This document shows, piece after piece, positions 39,673 to 49,592 of a stretch of DNA of 52,482 bases. This DNA comes from an uncultured bacterium (lineage in GTDB: Bacteria > Patescibacteriota > Minisyncoccia > Moranbacterales > GWC2-37-73), in NCBI GenBank assembly GCA_903837175.1, contig CAILTR010000092.1, forward strand, positions 1-52,482. Reading direction: 5' to 3'. Position 1 is the stretch's first letter. Each line of letters begins with the position of its first letter. The notes below the pieces were generated by a model. The model was not told the DNA's origin, made no database searches, and was given only the letters and a program-made list of their open reading frames with translations. The translations under genes and the position numbers were made by a program.

Positions 39673-41043
39673 ATGTCTCTGGAAAAAAAAATAAAAAAAA
39701 ATAAAAAGGCGGGTTTTTCTCTCTTGGAGGTCATGATTAGTATATTTATCATAACGATTGCCTTTTTGAGCTTCTATACGGTTTCTAACTTTGGCACAAG
39801 GTATATTATTGAAGCAAAAAATAGATTAGCGGCAACTGCTTTTGTAAATGAAAAAATGGAGATTATTCGTAATCTTGCTTACGATAAAGTTGGGACCCAA
39901 GGCAGTATTGATATTCCAGGTAATCTTCCGCAGGAGGAAAATGTGACTGCTAATGGCCGTACTTATCAAGTTTCAATAGCGGTTAGATATTTCGATGACC
40001 CTATGGATGGAACTGTAAGCTCGACGCCGGCCGATCTTATTCCAAACGATTATAAAATCGTCGAAGTTAATGTTTCCTGGGTAGATAGCAGTGGTCAGTT
40101 AAAAAGCGTTTCTTCCTCATCCCGCTTTGTGCCTCCAGGGCTGGAGACGAGCGCTGGTGGTTCGCCACTTTCAATTAATGTTATTGATGGAGAAACCTTA
40201 CTGCCAATTTCACAAGCGGTTGTTAATATTAAAAACACCATTGTTTCACCTCAAATCAACGATACGATTAAGACTGATGGTGAAGGGCATCTCTTACTTC
40301 CTTCAGCCAGAATTTCAAGTGGCGATAAAGTTACAATAACTAAAAGCAGGTATGAAACAATCGAAACTATGGATTCTTCCGCCACCTTTACTCCGATTTA
40401 TGGTCATATAAATGTGATTGCGGGTTTCTTGAATACCTATAATTATATTCAAAATCGACTGGCCAAGCTAACAGTCAAAGCCGTTGATTATCAAGATAAG
40501 CCAGTTGGAAACATTGGTTTTTCGATTGGTGGCGGAAAAATCATTGGGCATGATAATTTAGGTGGTAGTATTTTTAGCATGGCGGATACTAGTGGAACAA
40601 CTGATTCAATCGAGGGTAAAAAGGAATATGCGGATATCAGTGCAGGTAGTTACCTAATTTCGATGAGTCCAAATGCGCAGTATCAGTTAATTGATTATGA
40701 TCCTTCGGCCACCCCTTATTTTCTTTCCCCAGGTAGCGACTCAACTTACAAATTTCGTTTAGCTGATAAAGATATCAATGCTTTGTTTTTAGAAGTAAAC
40801 AATACTGAAAGTCCGAGTTCTCCAATAGCTGGCGCCAAGGTAACCTTGGTTGCCAATGGGGTGGATGTTTTTACAGATAAATTAAGTTCTTTGCGAGGAG
40901 TGGTTTTTTATCCCGACGGAGCTGAACTTTTACAAGTAGGCACATATACTTTAAAAATTGAAGCCGATGGCTATGATCCTTATGAGGGTCCGGTCCAAAT
41001 TGATAAATTAACTCATGAGATAGTTCAGTTGACGAAAAACTAA
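39673..41043 (+). CDS. Minor pilin (PilV-like) with C-terminal beta-sandwich repeats
   Basis: Class III signal KKAG/FSLLEV. Confidence 0.8.
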   Translation: MSLEKKIKKNKKAGFSLLEVMISIFIITIAFLSFYTVSNFGTRYIIEAKNRLAATAFVNEKMEIIRNLAYDKVGTQGSIDIPGNLPQEENVTANGRTYQVSIAVRYFDDPMDGTVSSTPADLIPNDYKIVEVNVSWVDSSGQLKSVSSSSRFVPPGLETSAGGSPLSINVIDGETLLPISQAVVNIKNTIVSPQINDTIKTDGEGHLLLPSARISSGDKVTITKSRYETIETMDSSATFTPIYGHINVIAGFLNTYNYIQNRLAKLTVKAVDYQDKPVGNIGFSIGGGKIIGHDNLGGSIFSMADTSGTTDSIEGKKEYADISAGSYLISMSPNAQYQLIDYDPSATPYFLSPGSDSTYKFRLADKDINALFLEVNNTESPSSPIAGAKVTLVANGVDVFTDKLSSLRGVVFYPDGAELLQVGTYTLKIEADGYDPYEGPVQIDKLTHEIVQLTKN

Positions 41044-41044
41044 A

Positions 41045-41683
41045 ATGAAAAATAAAAAACTTTTTTTTAGCCAAGGCATGACCCTTGTGGAGACGCTTAT
41101 TGCGATTGCGCTCTTCCTTTTGGCTACCCAGGCTACGGTAACAGTCTTTGCTAGAACCATAAAAACCAAAGCTTATACTTTGGAGATGGGTAGATCTTCT
41201 TTGATTTTATCTCGGAGTATGGGTGACTTAGCTCAATATATTCGTAGGGCCAAACAATCGAGTAATGGTGCTTATCCAATAGTTTCGGCGGATGATAATG
41301 ATTTGGTGCTCTATTCCGATTATAACAAGGATGATATTGTAGAACGCTTGCATGTTTATTTAGCTAATAAAAAAATTTATTTAGGAGTGCGAATCCCTTC
41401 AACTTCTTTCCCTTTTTCTTATGCTTCGGGTGATGGAGAGACTTTTCAATTGGCTGATCATATTATAAATTCAACGGCTGATCCCATGTTTGCTTATTAT
41501 AACGGCGATTACCCTCAAGACACGGTTAATAATCCAGTTAATACTCCCGCAGATGTCTCCGAGATCCGCTTAGTAAGAATGTTTTTAAAGATAAATATTG
41601 ATGAAAATAGAGCTCCAGATAACATCCAGCAGGAGACTTTTGTTGAAATAAGGAATTTAAATGACTATGATAGAATCCACTAA
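41045..41683 (+). CDS. Minor pilin (PilW-like)
   Basis: SQG/MTLVETL. Confidence 0.8.
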   Translation: MKNKKLFFSQGMTLVETLIAIALFLLATQATVTVFARTIKTKAYTLEMGRSSLILSRSMGDLAQYIRRAKQSSNGAYPIVSADDNDLVLYSDYNKDDIVERLHVYLANKKIYLGVRIPSTSFPFSYASGDGETFQLADHIINSTADPMFAYYNGDYPQDTVNNPVNTPADVSEIRLVRMFLKINIDENRAPDNIQQETFVEIRNLNDYDRIH

Positions 41684-41686
41684 ATT

Positions 41687-43240
41687 ATGATTAAATTAAA
41701 TTTCCAACAGCATAAAAAAGGCGGCGCGCTGGTGGCTGTATTAGTTATGGTTGTTATCGTGACTATTATTTTAAGTTCGCTCCTAGTTTATATTACTTCC
41801 CAGCTGAAATTTAGTGAGGACCGAGTTGAGCGGGAGCGCGCCTTTCAAATCGCCGAGGCTGGAGCGTATTATTATCGTTGGTACTTGGCACATGCTATTG
41901 AAGGAAAAACTGCTGCTCAAATTGAGAATTTTTGGCAAAATGGGAATCCTATCGGCATAGACCCTGATCATAAATATACTGCAGAATTTAAGGATCCAGA
42001 TGGGACAGCAGTCGGTCAGTACCAACTAGAGGTTACAGCTCCTGTGGCAGGTTCAACTATTGTTATTGTTAAATCAACTGGCTGGACGTATCGTAATGAT
42101 TCAATTAAGAGAATTGTCCAGGTTAGATTTCGCCGTCCCTCCTGGAGTGAGTTTGTTTTCTTATCTAATAGTTTTATGAATTTTGGCGACCAGGCCACAG
42201 TGTATGGGAAAGTTCATTCTAATGATGGCATCCGCTTTGATGGCAAAGCGTATAATGTGGTTAGCTCTGGCAAGTCACGTTTTGATGATAGCACCTATGG
42301 CGGCAACCGGATGGAATTTGGAGTTCATACCACGACAAATCCGGCCGATGGCGCGGCGCCTGCCTATCCTTGGGCTATTGGAACAGTTCCGTTGCGACCA
42401 GCCGTTTTTGTGGGTGGTCGGCAGTTTCCCGTCCCGGAAGTTAGCTTTACGGGAGTAATGACTGATTTAGGCAATATGAAAACCCAAGCTCAAAATGAGG
42501 GAAAATATTTTGATAACACGGGTTTTGGCAGAAGAATTAATTTAAAAAGTGATGGGACTTTTGATGTTTGTACGGTTAATTCCGCCAACACTAATACGCA
42601 CGCCATAACTAAATACAATGGGATTATCACTGGTGCAACGGGAGCCTATAGTGGTACGAACGGAATTGCTTGTAGTGCTAGTACTTGCTGCACGGGTGCG
42701 GCTTGCCCGTACGTTCAACCCAGTAAATCCGCTAGTGGAAGATGTATTAGCTTAAGTAACTATCCATTAGTTAGCGATAAAGTTATCTTTGTGGAAAACA
42801 ATATTTGGATTGAAGGTACAGTTAATAATAAGCGATTGACAATCGTGGCGGCTAACTTATCGGGAGGCGTAAATAGAGCTGATATTTACGTGGGCATCAG
42901 TAATCAAAATTTACTTTTCAGCGATTACAGTTGCGCTAATACTTTGGGCCTTGTCGCTCAACAGGATATACGCGTGCTGAATGATTGTCCGGATAACTTT
43001 ACTATTGATGCGGCGCTCTTGGCTCAAGAGGGAACAGTCGGAATCGTCAATGGCATGGGTGGAAAATACTCACTGACTTTTAACGGTGCCATCGCTTCTT
43101 ATCTGCAGCCTTATTTCCAGAGTGGTAATAGTGGTTTTTCCGACCGAACTTATAATTTTAATAACAACTTACTTTATTGTCCCCCTGCTTATTTCCCAAC
43201 TGGGACGGAATATTTAATCGACTTATGGGATGAGTTATGA
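41687..43240 (+). CDS. PilX-like minor pilin/adhesin with Cys-rich insert
   Basis: KKG/GALVAVL lacking E5; AFQIAEAG; GKVHSN. Confidence 0.78.
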   Translation: MIKLNFQQHKKGGALVAVLVMVVIVTIILSSLLVYITSQLKFSEDRVERERAFQIAEAGAYYYRWYLAHAIEGKTAAQIENFWQNGNPIGIDPDHKYTAEFKDPDGTAVGQYQLEVTAPVAGSTIVIVKSTGWTYRNDSIKRIVQVRFRRPSWSEFVFLSNSFMNFGDQATVYGKVHSNDGIRFDGKAYNVVSSGKSRFDDSTYGGNRMEFGVHTTTNPADGAAPAYPWAIGTVPLRPAVFVGGRQFPVPEVSFTGVMTDLGNMKTQAQNEGKYFDNTGFGRRINLKSDGTFDVCTVNSANTNTHAITKYNGIITGATGAYSGTNGIACSASTCCTGAACPYVQPSKSASGRCISLSNYPLVSDKVIFVENNIWIEGTVNNKRLTIVAANLSGGVNRADIYVGISNQNLLFSDYSCANTLGLVAQQDIRVLNDCPDNFTIDAALLAQEGTVGIVNGMGGKYSLTFNGAIASYLQPYFQSGNSGFSDRTYNFNNNLLYCPPAYFPTGTEYLIDLWDEL

Positions 43241-43366
43241 AATATTGAAAAAATAGTGTAAAATTAAAAAAGGTAAAAAGCTTAAAGACAAAAAATAAAA
43301 TAAAATAAAATAAAGCAGTGAGTAATATCTAACATTTTTTGTTTTGTGTTATGTGTTCCATGCTTC

Positions 43367-44461
43367 ATGATTAAAATGACTTTTTTAAATAAAAAAATTT
43401 TTAATAGTAGTGCAAGCATTTTTGGCTTGGATTTAAGTGATCTTTCAATCAAGTTGGTTAAACTTGAAGAAAATGGCAAAGAAGATGAATTAGTTAGTTA
43501 TGGAACAGTGCAACTGCCTTTTGGCGCAATTAGTGATGGCGAAATAAAAGAAAAGTCGCAAGTAATTGAGGCTATAAATAAACTCGTTAAAATTTCAGGA
43601 CCTAAAAAAGTAAAAACAAAAAAGGTTATCTGCTCAATTCCAGAGACCAAGGCTTTCCTAAGAATTATTAGCATTCCCAAGATGAGTGAAGAAGAAATTA
43701 GCGAAGCTGTAAAATGGGAAATCGAAGCTAATATCCCATTATCATTAGAACAGGTTTATTACGACTGGCAGATTGTGACCGAATCGCTGAAGATAGAGAA
43801 GAATAAAATAAATCTTTTGGTGGTAGCTGTTTCAAGAATAATTATTGATGAAATTATCTCGGTTATTGAGGAAGCAGGTCTTGATGTTGTTGGGTTAGAG
43901 ATAGAATCAATTTCTCAGGCACGCAGTCTACTTAGCCAAGAAGATTGCAATAAGACAGTTTTAATTGTTGACATCGGGGATCGGCGAACAAGTTTTTCAA
44001 TCGCCAAGGAAGGCGTCTTATGTTTTACGTCAAGCATTCCACTTAGTGGGCAATCTTTAACGGATACTATTGCTAGGGGAATGAGTATTTCCTCTAAGGA
44101 AGCGGAAGAAATAAAATTTAATTATGGGATTGGTAGCGATTTTAAAAATGATGCGTTATTTCAATTAACAAAGCCAATTTTAGAGAATTTTTCTCAAGAA
44201 ATAGAAAAGTCAGCTGATTTTTATTTATCAGGACTTGGCTACTCGAAGAGTATTGACAAGATAATTGTTTGCGGTGGCGGAGCTAATACGAAGGGAATCG
44301 TTCCATATCTATCAAAAAAGCTGGGGCGAGAGATTGAGCTTGGTAATCCTTGGTCTAACGTTAATTTTGGAAAAAAATTGCCACTCATTGAAAAAGGTCA
44401 GGCCGTACAATATTCAACCGCAATAGGTTTAGCTTTAAGGGGAATTCAATATGAAGATTAA
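43367..44461 (+). CDS. pilM: Type IV pilus assembly protein PilM (start 43367 or 43376)
   Basis: FGLDLSD.SIK, VDIG, CGGGA, NPW, AIGLALR. Confidence 0.92.
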   Translation: MIKMTFLNKKIFNSSASIFGLDLSDLSIKLVKLEENGKEDELVSYGTVQLPFGAISDGEIKEKSQVIEAINKLVKISGPKKVKTKKVICSIPETKAFLRIISIPKMSEEEISEAVKWEIEANIPLSLEQVYYDWQIVTESLKIEKNKINLLVVAVSRIIIDEIISVIEEAGLDVVGLEIESISQARSLLSQEDCNKTVLIVDIGDRRTSFSIAKEGVLCFTSSIPLSGQSLTDTIARGMSISSKEAEEIKFNYGIGSDFKNDALFQLTKPILENFSQEIEKSADFYLSGLGYSKSIDKIIVCGGGANTKGIVPYLSKKLGREIELGNPWSNVNFGKKLPLIEKGQAVQYSTAIGLALRGIQYED

Positions 44462-45002
44462 TTTGGATTTACTTCCACAAAACAAAAAAAATGAAATAAA
44501 AAAGGAAAAACTCTTCCGCGCTATTTTACATGAAGAGTTCTTATTTATTTTTCCAATGCTGGTGCTAGTTATTATGTTGGCCGGCATTTATAATTTACTG
44601 AGAATTCAGCGCAGTCAAGACTTAGCCTCTTATGAACTCGCCCAAGTTCAGGATCAATATCAACAATTAAATAAATATGATAAAGATTTTAAAAAAATAA
44701 ATGAAGCGACTAGTCTACTACTTGAAATTCAAGCGGGGCATCTGCATTGGTTTCATGTTTTAGAGCGCTTGAGTGCAGATGTGCCAGTGGGGATTAGGGT
44801 AGAAAATTTGGCTACTAAAAATTATAATGTTTATTTAATTGGGCAAGCAAGGTCGCGTGATGGCTTATTGGAATTTAAAGCTAAGTTAGAACAGGATGAT
44901 TGCTTTGAGACTGTTAATGTGCCACTTTCAAACTTGGTAGTTAAGGAAAATGTTGATTTTCAAATGGATTTTTTGGTTAAGCAAAATTGTTTAAGAGAAT
45001 AG
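44451..45002 (+). CDS. pilN: PilN-like protein
   Basis: INLDLLP N-terminal motif, TM, overlaps pilM stop. Confidence 0.8.
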   Translation: MKINLDLLPQNKKNEIKKEKLFRAILHEEFLFIFPMLVLVIMLAGIYNLLRIQRSQDLASYELAQVQDQYQQLNKYDKDFKKINEATSLLLEIQAGHLHWFHVLERLSADVPVGIRVENLATKNYNVYLIGQARSRDGLLEFKAKLEQDDCFETVNVPLSNLVVKENVDFQMDFLVKQNCLRE

Positions 45003-45031
45003 CTAATAAATTCTAGTAAGTTCATTATTCA

Positions 45032-45712
45032 ATGAAAAAATTTCTAAAAAAACAAAGAGAGTTTATAGCAGTGGCCCTTTTTTTATTGGCGCTTGGAATG
45101 AGCACTTACTTTGTAGTGGTGCCTTTGCTAAAAAAAATTACATTAACAAGAGATGAAATCGAAGAAAATAAGATTAAACAGGAAATAAAAAAACAACGCT
45201 TAGAAGAATTGCCAAAGATAGCTCAGCGCTATACCGAAGTTAGTAGTCAACAGGAAAAATTCGATATTTTATTGGAAAAGCAACAGGCAGTGGTTCTAAT
45301 AGAGCGCCTAGAAAGCCTCGCTCAAGATACTAACAATAAAATTCAAATTGTAGTGGTGCCCTCAGACACTGAGCCAAAAAAAGCAACAAGTAAAACTGCG
45401 CCCAAAGTGGTGTCATTGGCGGATGCGCTACCTAAGCAGGAATATTTAAAATTAAAAATTACCCTAGCTGGTGATTACGGCGGAGCCTTTAAATTTATAC
45501 ATGGTCTGGAGTCTTTGGATTACTATGCTGATACTATCGAAATTAGTATGGGCAACATAACTGGTAATGATCAGGCCACATCATCTGCCAGTGGGGGCCC
45601 TGATGCTAGTAGTCCTTTTGGCGCACAAGTTGCTAGGAATCCTGAGTTAGTGGTCTCGGATAGCGGTCATTTAGAGACAGTCTTAACGGTAGTTTTTTAT
45701 AGTAAAGATTAA
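45032..45712 (+). CDS. pilO: PilO-like protein
   Basis: TM plus coiled coil; GDY...KFI..LE; follows pilN. Confidence 0.7.
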   Translation: MKKFLKKQREFIAVALFLLALGMSTYFVVVPLLKKITLTRDEIEENKIKQEIKKQRLEELPKIAQRYTEVSSQQEKFDILLEKQQAVVLIERLESLAQDTNNKIQIVVVPSDTEPKKATSKTAPKVVSLADALPKQEYLKLKITLAGDYGGAFKFIHGLESLDYYADTIEISMGNITGNDQATSSASGGPDASSPFGAQVARNPELVVSDSGHLETVLTVVFYSKD

Positions 45713-45716
45713 TTAT

Positions 45717-46034
45717 ATGCAATTAAAAATAGGCGGCGAATTTAATAGTGCGAAAATAATTTCAAAATTGGGACTTTTTTGGAAAAAAGTTTACATTGTT
45801 TTATTTTTCGGTTTACTGCTTGGAACTATCGGCTTTAGTCTGTATATTTGGAATCAAAATATAATCGTCTCTACTTGGAACGCTGAGCGAAAACAACAGT
45901 TTATCAAAACGCAAGAGCGGGGAGTTGTGCTTAATGAAGATAAATATAAAAAAGCCCTCGAGGTTGTCGAAAAAAGAAAACAAGACTTTTCCAATTCGCC
46001 TGAGGCGGGCAAGGATTTTTTCAAGGCGGATTAA
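45717..46034 (+). CDS. Hypothetical pilus-locus membrane protein
   Basis: Single TM; last gene of the operon. Confidence 0.65.
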   Translation: MQLKIGGEFNSAKIISKLGLFWKKVYIVLFFGLLLGTIGFSLYIWNQNIIVSTWNAERKQQFIKTQERGVVLNEDKYKKALEVVEKRKQDFSNSPEAGKDFFKAD

Positions 46035-46060
46035 ATAAGCTTGATTATTTTAGGCAATAA

Positions 46061-46088
46061 AAAAACTTCAACTAGAGTTGAAGTTTTT
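46061..46088. terminator. Bidirectional terminator
   Basis: aaaaacttcaac-taga-gttgaagttttt. Confidence 0.85.
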
Positions 46089-46089
46089 A

Positions 46090-46108
46090 TTTGTGCGCGT
46101 GGCGGGAC
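46090..46108 (-). other. Degenerate copy of tRNA-Arg(TCG) 3' end (att-like)
   Basis: tttgtgcgcgtggcgggac vs tttgtgcgctcggcaggac at 50357-50375 (16/19). Confidence 0.5.
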
Positions 46109-46191
46109 AGCTTTCGAACTTTTGAGTGGTTGGGGGACTTGCCTGATCCAGACACGATTTTGAAGCAGGTAGGGCAGTTGTTGGCTTTAAT

Positions 46192-46449
46192 CTAATTTGT
46201 GCTTTCGTTATTGGACTGGGGCTCTTTTTCAACTCCGCCAAAAGCTATATATAAAAAACCCTTCCAAAGTCCAACCATGATAGCCCAGTAAATTGCAAAT
46301 CCCAATACAATATCAAATACGATAAAAATGTTTATTTCTTCTTTTGTGTAAAAAGCAGAAATTAGAACCATTGTCTGCACAATCCAAAAGAATACCTTTG
46401 CGCCTCTGAAATACCACTTTTTTTCTAAATCTGCTTTCTTTATTGGCAT
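46192..46449 (-). CDS. Small 2-TM hypothetical protein
   Basis: 85-aa ORF, KKWYFR..KVF and YIAFG. Confidence 0.65.
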   Translation of the reverse strand: MPIKKADLEKKWYFRGAKVFFWIVQTMVLISAFYTKEEINIFIVFDIVLGFAIYWAIMVGLWKGFLYIAFGGVEKEPQSNNESTN

Positions 46450-46539
46450 AGTCTTGTTCTTAGGTTTTATTAATTTAATTTTGTCGTTTATTCTTAACTT
46501 TCTTTAATTATACTTATCGGAAGCCAAAGTTATTTTTGG

Positions 46540-46905
46540 CTAGTTTTGGGGGTATCTTTTATAACAATTATTCTCATTTTCCTTGGCTCGCTTATTATTA
46601 TCATCAACCATATAACTTAAATCCGCATTGCTTATTTTTCCAGCTTTTTGCATTTCAGCAAAGCCCAAATTGGTGTTTAATTGATTTTTTCTATTTTTTT
46701 CTAAACACTCACTTAAATTAACTACCCTGGCTTCTTTTTCTTGTGAGCGTATTTCTTGTTCTTGCTTTTGTTGTTCAACTCTTCCTTTTTCCTTTTGAGG
46801 TAAAAATATAACCAGATAATAGGCAATTGATAAAGCAATAATTAAAGCCCCTGCAATGATGCTAATTTTAAATACTTTGTCTAATTTTGTAGATTGTTTC
46901 TCCAT
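46540..46905 (-). CDS. Hypothetical TM plus coiled-coil protein
   Basis: YYLVIFLP TM, two Cys, CYKRYP end. Confidence 0.7.
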   Translation of the reverse strand: MEKQSTKLDKVFKISIIAGALIIALSIAYYLVIFLPQKEKGRVEQQKQEQEIRSQEKEARVVNLSECLEKNRKNQLNTNLGFAEMQKAGKISNADLSYMVDDNNKRAKENENNCYKRYPQN

Positions 46906-46909
46906 ATTA

Positions 46910-48712
46910 TTATTGGTAAAAACTTCTTAAAAGATTATTGTATTTAGTGTTCAACTGGTTACGGGTTGCAATTTTATTATTGAAGTCTTTTCTGTCTTTT
47001 TCAAAATTAGAGTATGTTTTTTTATATTTAGAGTACAAGCTGTTATAGTCATTATATGCACTAGCATCACTACTCTTAGCTAGTTTGTTTAGTCTTTCCA
47101 CCATTTTGCCAATTTCTGCATCACGATCTTTCAAGTCATTTCTGGAATCATTAAGTTCGCGATCCATGCTTCTAATGGTAGTAATAAGACTAGCTAATTC
47201 CTTTTGAGTATTGAAGGTATCTATTACTCCAGTATAGGATAGTCCGTCAATTTTATTTAAAATTTCTATTTTTCCAAGAGGGCTGTAATCACTCTCGGTA
47301 GAATCATTTGAAAAATCGGTAAGTTCTATTTTTGAAGTAGCTGTTCCAAACTCTTTTGAGAGACTTGGGGTAGCCCCTATTTTATTTCCAAGGCTTGTTG
47401 TTTCAATAAAACAATATCCTGAATCATAATTGGAATACTCTACAGGACATTTTACTCCAATTGCCATATGATTATCTGCTGGATCTGGAAAAAGAAAAAT
47501 TGAAACGCCATAGCCCAAATCTTTCAGTAATGAATAAGCCAAATAGCTTTTATCTTGGCAGACCCCCTTGTTTCCATATAAAACTTCATAAGGATAGGTA
47601 ATCTTTTCTGAATACCCGCCGAGGCCTGCTTTTCTGTTGTTAAATTTCTCGGTATCGTATGGAATTGTTTGAACAAAGGTTGATACTAGCTCAACTAACT
47701 GATTTTCGTTAAGCTTGTTTTTTTCGCCAATATTTTTCAATGATTGAGCAAGCTCGTTTATTGTTTTGTCATCAGTATTTCCATTGATAAACATCTCGTT
47801 TGTTTTCTCTAGTTCTCCAATCATGGATTCGCCATTAAAGTTACTTTGGGCAGGAAGAGAATTGTAAAATTTATAATAGGAATCATACAGTTTTTCATGT
47901 AAGGTGTGGCCTTTTCCTTTATATCTCCAATCAAATGTTACTGTTTTTTCTCCTTCTGGGGCTGGAATTATAGTGTTGTCAGTTCCTGTTTTTGTGTTAA
48001 TTTTATCTACCCTCCAATAACCACCATCCATTTTTGTCATTATCAAATCAAAGCCATTATTATTGCCTGTCTTTATAATAGTTATTGTTGCACCATCTTT
48101 ATCTGTTATGCTTTTTCTTATTTTGAATCCATTTAGCATGCTAATCTTTTCTTCGCTAATCGAATCAACAATTAATTTGACTCTATTAGCATCCTGACCA
48201 GAAATAACAGCCTCACCATTCGTTATTTCAGTCTGGACAACTGGATCAATAACCAAAATACCATTCAAGAAAATAGCCAACTTTTTGTTAATGTTTCTTT
48301 TGGTAATTTCTGCAAAAAGCTCGGTGCCTTTGTCATTAAATTTTAATGAAACTTCAGGACTAGCAGTCCCATTATTTGAGTATGTCGTTGAAACATCCTT
48401 TAGATATTTTCCAGAAAGCCCTGTCGAAATATACACTTCCGCGTCCTTACTCTTTTCGGGATTCTCCTCTTTAATTTCAAGTATGGAGGTATTCATGCTA
48501 TCAATCCACTCCCGAGATTGTGCCGGAGATTCACCAAAATTTTCAGCAACACTTTCTATATTGAGATACTTTTCAACTTTTGCGTTCTCATTTTTTACAA
48601 TTGCATTTCTGAGTTCATATAAAGAATATTCAGGTGTACCAGTGAAATAGTAAACAAACCCAGCAGACACAACCAATAGAAGAATGATTATGCTAGCGGT
48701 TATTTTTAGCAT
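46910..48712 (-). CDS. Membrane-anchored multidomain protein with SecD P1-head-like and transglutaminase-like domains (start MLKITA)
   Basis: TPEYSLY; PEVSLKFNDKGTELFAEITKRNINKKLAIFLNG; GVCQDKS, HMAIG, FIETT. Confidence 0.7.
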   Translation of the reverse strand: MLKITASIIILLLVVSAGFVYYFTGTPEYSLYELRNAIVKNENAKVEKYLNIESVAENFGESPAQSREWIDSMNTSILEIKEENPEKSKDAEVYISTGLSGKYLKDVSTTYSNNGTASPEVSLKFNDKGTELFAEITKRNINKKLAIFLNGILVIDPVVQTEITNGEAVISGQDANRVKLIVDSISEEKISMLNGFKIRKSITDKDGATITIIKTGNNNGFDLIMTKMDGGYWRVDKINTKTGTDNTIIPAPEGEKTVTFDWRYKGKGHTLHEKLYDSYYKFYNSLPAQSNFNGESMIGELEKTNEMFINGNTDDKTINELAQSLKNIGEKNKLNENQLVELVSTFVQTIPYDTEKFNNRKAGLGGYSEKITYPYEVLYGNKGVCQDKSYLAYSLLKDLGYGVSIFLFPDPADNHMAIGVKCPVEYSNYDSGYCFIETTSLGNKIGATPSLSKEFGTATSKIELTDFSNDSTESDYSPLGKIEILNKIDGLSYTGVIDTFNTQKELASLITTIRSMDRELNDSRNDLKDRDAEIGKMVERLNKLAKSSDASAYNDYNSLYSKYKKTYSNFEKDRKDFNNKIATRNQLNTKYNNLLRSFYQ

Positions 48713-48713
48713 T

Positions 48714-49283
48714 TTAATTCTTTCTTTTTTTTTCTCTTTTTTGATAAAGAAAATAAATATAAAATAATATTGACAGTATCGGAAGAAACACACTTGCCAA
48801 TGTGGCTATTTTAGTGTTCATGCTCAATAGCTTTGCCAACTTTCTACAGTAATAAATACCAAGAATCCAAATGTAAAATAGCAACGAGGAAATTGTCACA
48901 CCTATCATATTAACATTCGCAATGTTTGTATGTAACTGAATACCCCCGTTTCCAGTTTTATAAGAAACAAAATAAACCAGTGCTCCGCCTAAAGCCCAAA
49001 ATAAAAAGAGGAATGAAGGTAATGTTATGTCTTCTTTTCTTCTAATCAAAAAATAAACCGCTGTTATGATAGACAAACAACCGAAACCAAGCACAATTCT
49101 CCATAAATTCACATTGCCAATTGATGCTTTTTCTACAACAGTAAGATTGTTAGCATCTATTAAAAAAGGGTTGCAAATAATAAGGAACACAAAAGACAAA
49201 AACAATGCCCGAAAGAAAGCTGACACATTTTTTTTAAATCTACCACCTTTTATTGGTTGTTCTAACGCTTTAGGTTTATCCAT
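48714..49283 (-). CDS. Hypothetical multi-TM protein
   Basis: 189 aa with about 5 hydrophobic segments. Confidence 0.65.
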   Translation of the reverse strand: MDKPKALEQPIKGGRFKKNVSAFFRALFLSFVFLIICNPFLIDANNLTVVEKASIGNVNLWRIVLGFGCLSIITAVYFLIRRKEDITLPSFLFLFWALGGALVYFVSYKTGNGGIQLHTNIANVNMIGVTISSLLFYIWILGIYYCRKLAKLLSMNTKIATLASVFLPILSILFYIYFLYQKREKKRKN

Positions 49284-49592
49284 ATTATTAAATAAGAAAT
49301 AAAAAAACAGCCAAAAAGAGGGCTGGGATGGTGAGGATTTTTTTGTTGAATTTTCCTTGATTTTTCATATCAATCTTAATTTAGTTCTAATTTAGCACCT
49401 TTCTTGATAATAGCAAGCTTTTGCGGGTTACAAAAAAGAACAACTGGAATCACCCCGTAGGGGATTTTAACGTTAATTTGAATATGGAAACAAGTGAATA
49501 ATAGCATTGAATAGAAAAAATTCAATTATCCTCATGTGCTCGAGGTTCTAAACTTTGTTTCTATTTATAATGTTGGGATAATGATAATTTTT

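Noticed and set aside
43346-43366. MLCVPCF N-terminus of PilM
   Set aside because: Derived from a heptamer tract; real start is downstream
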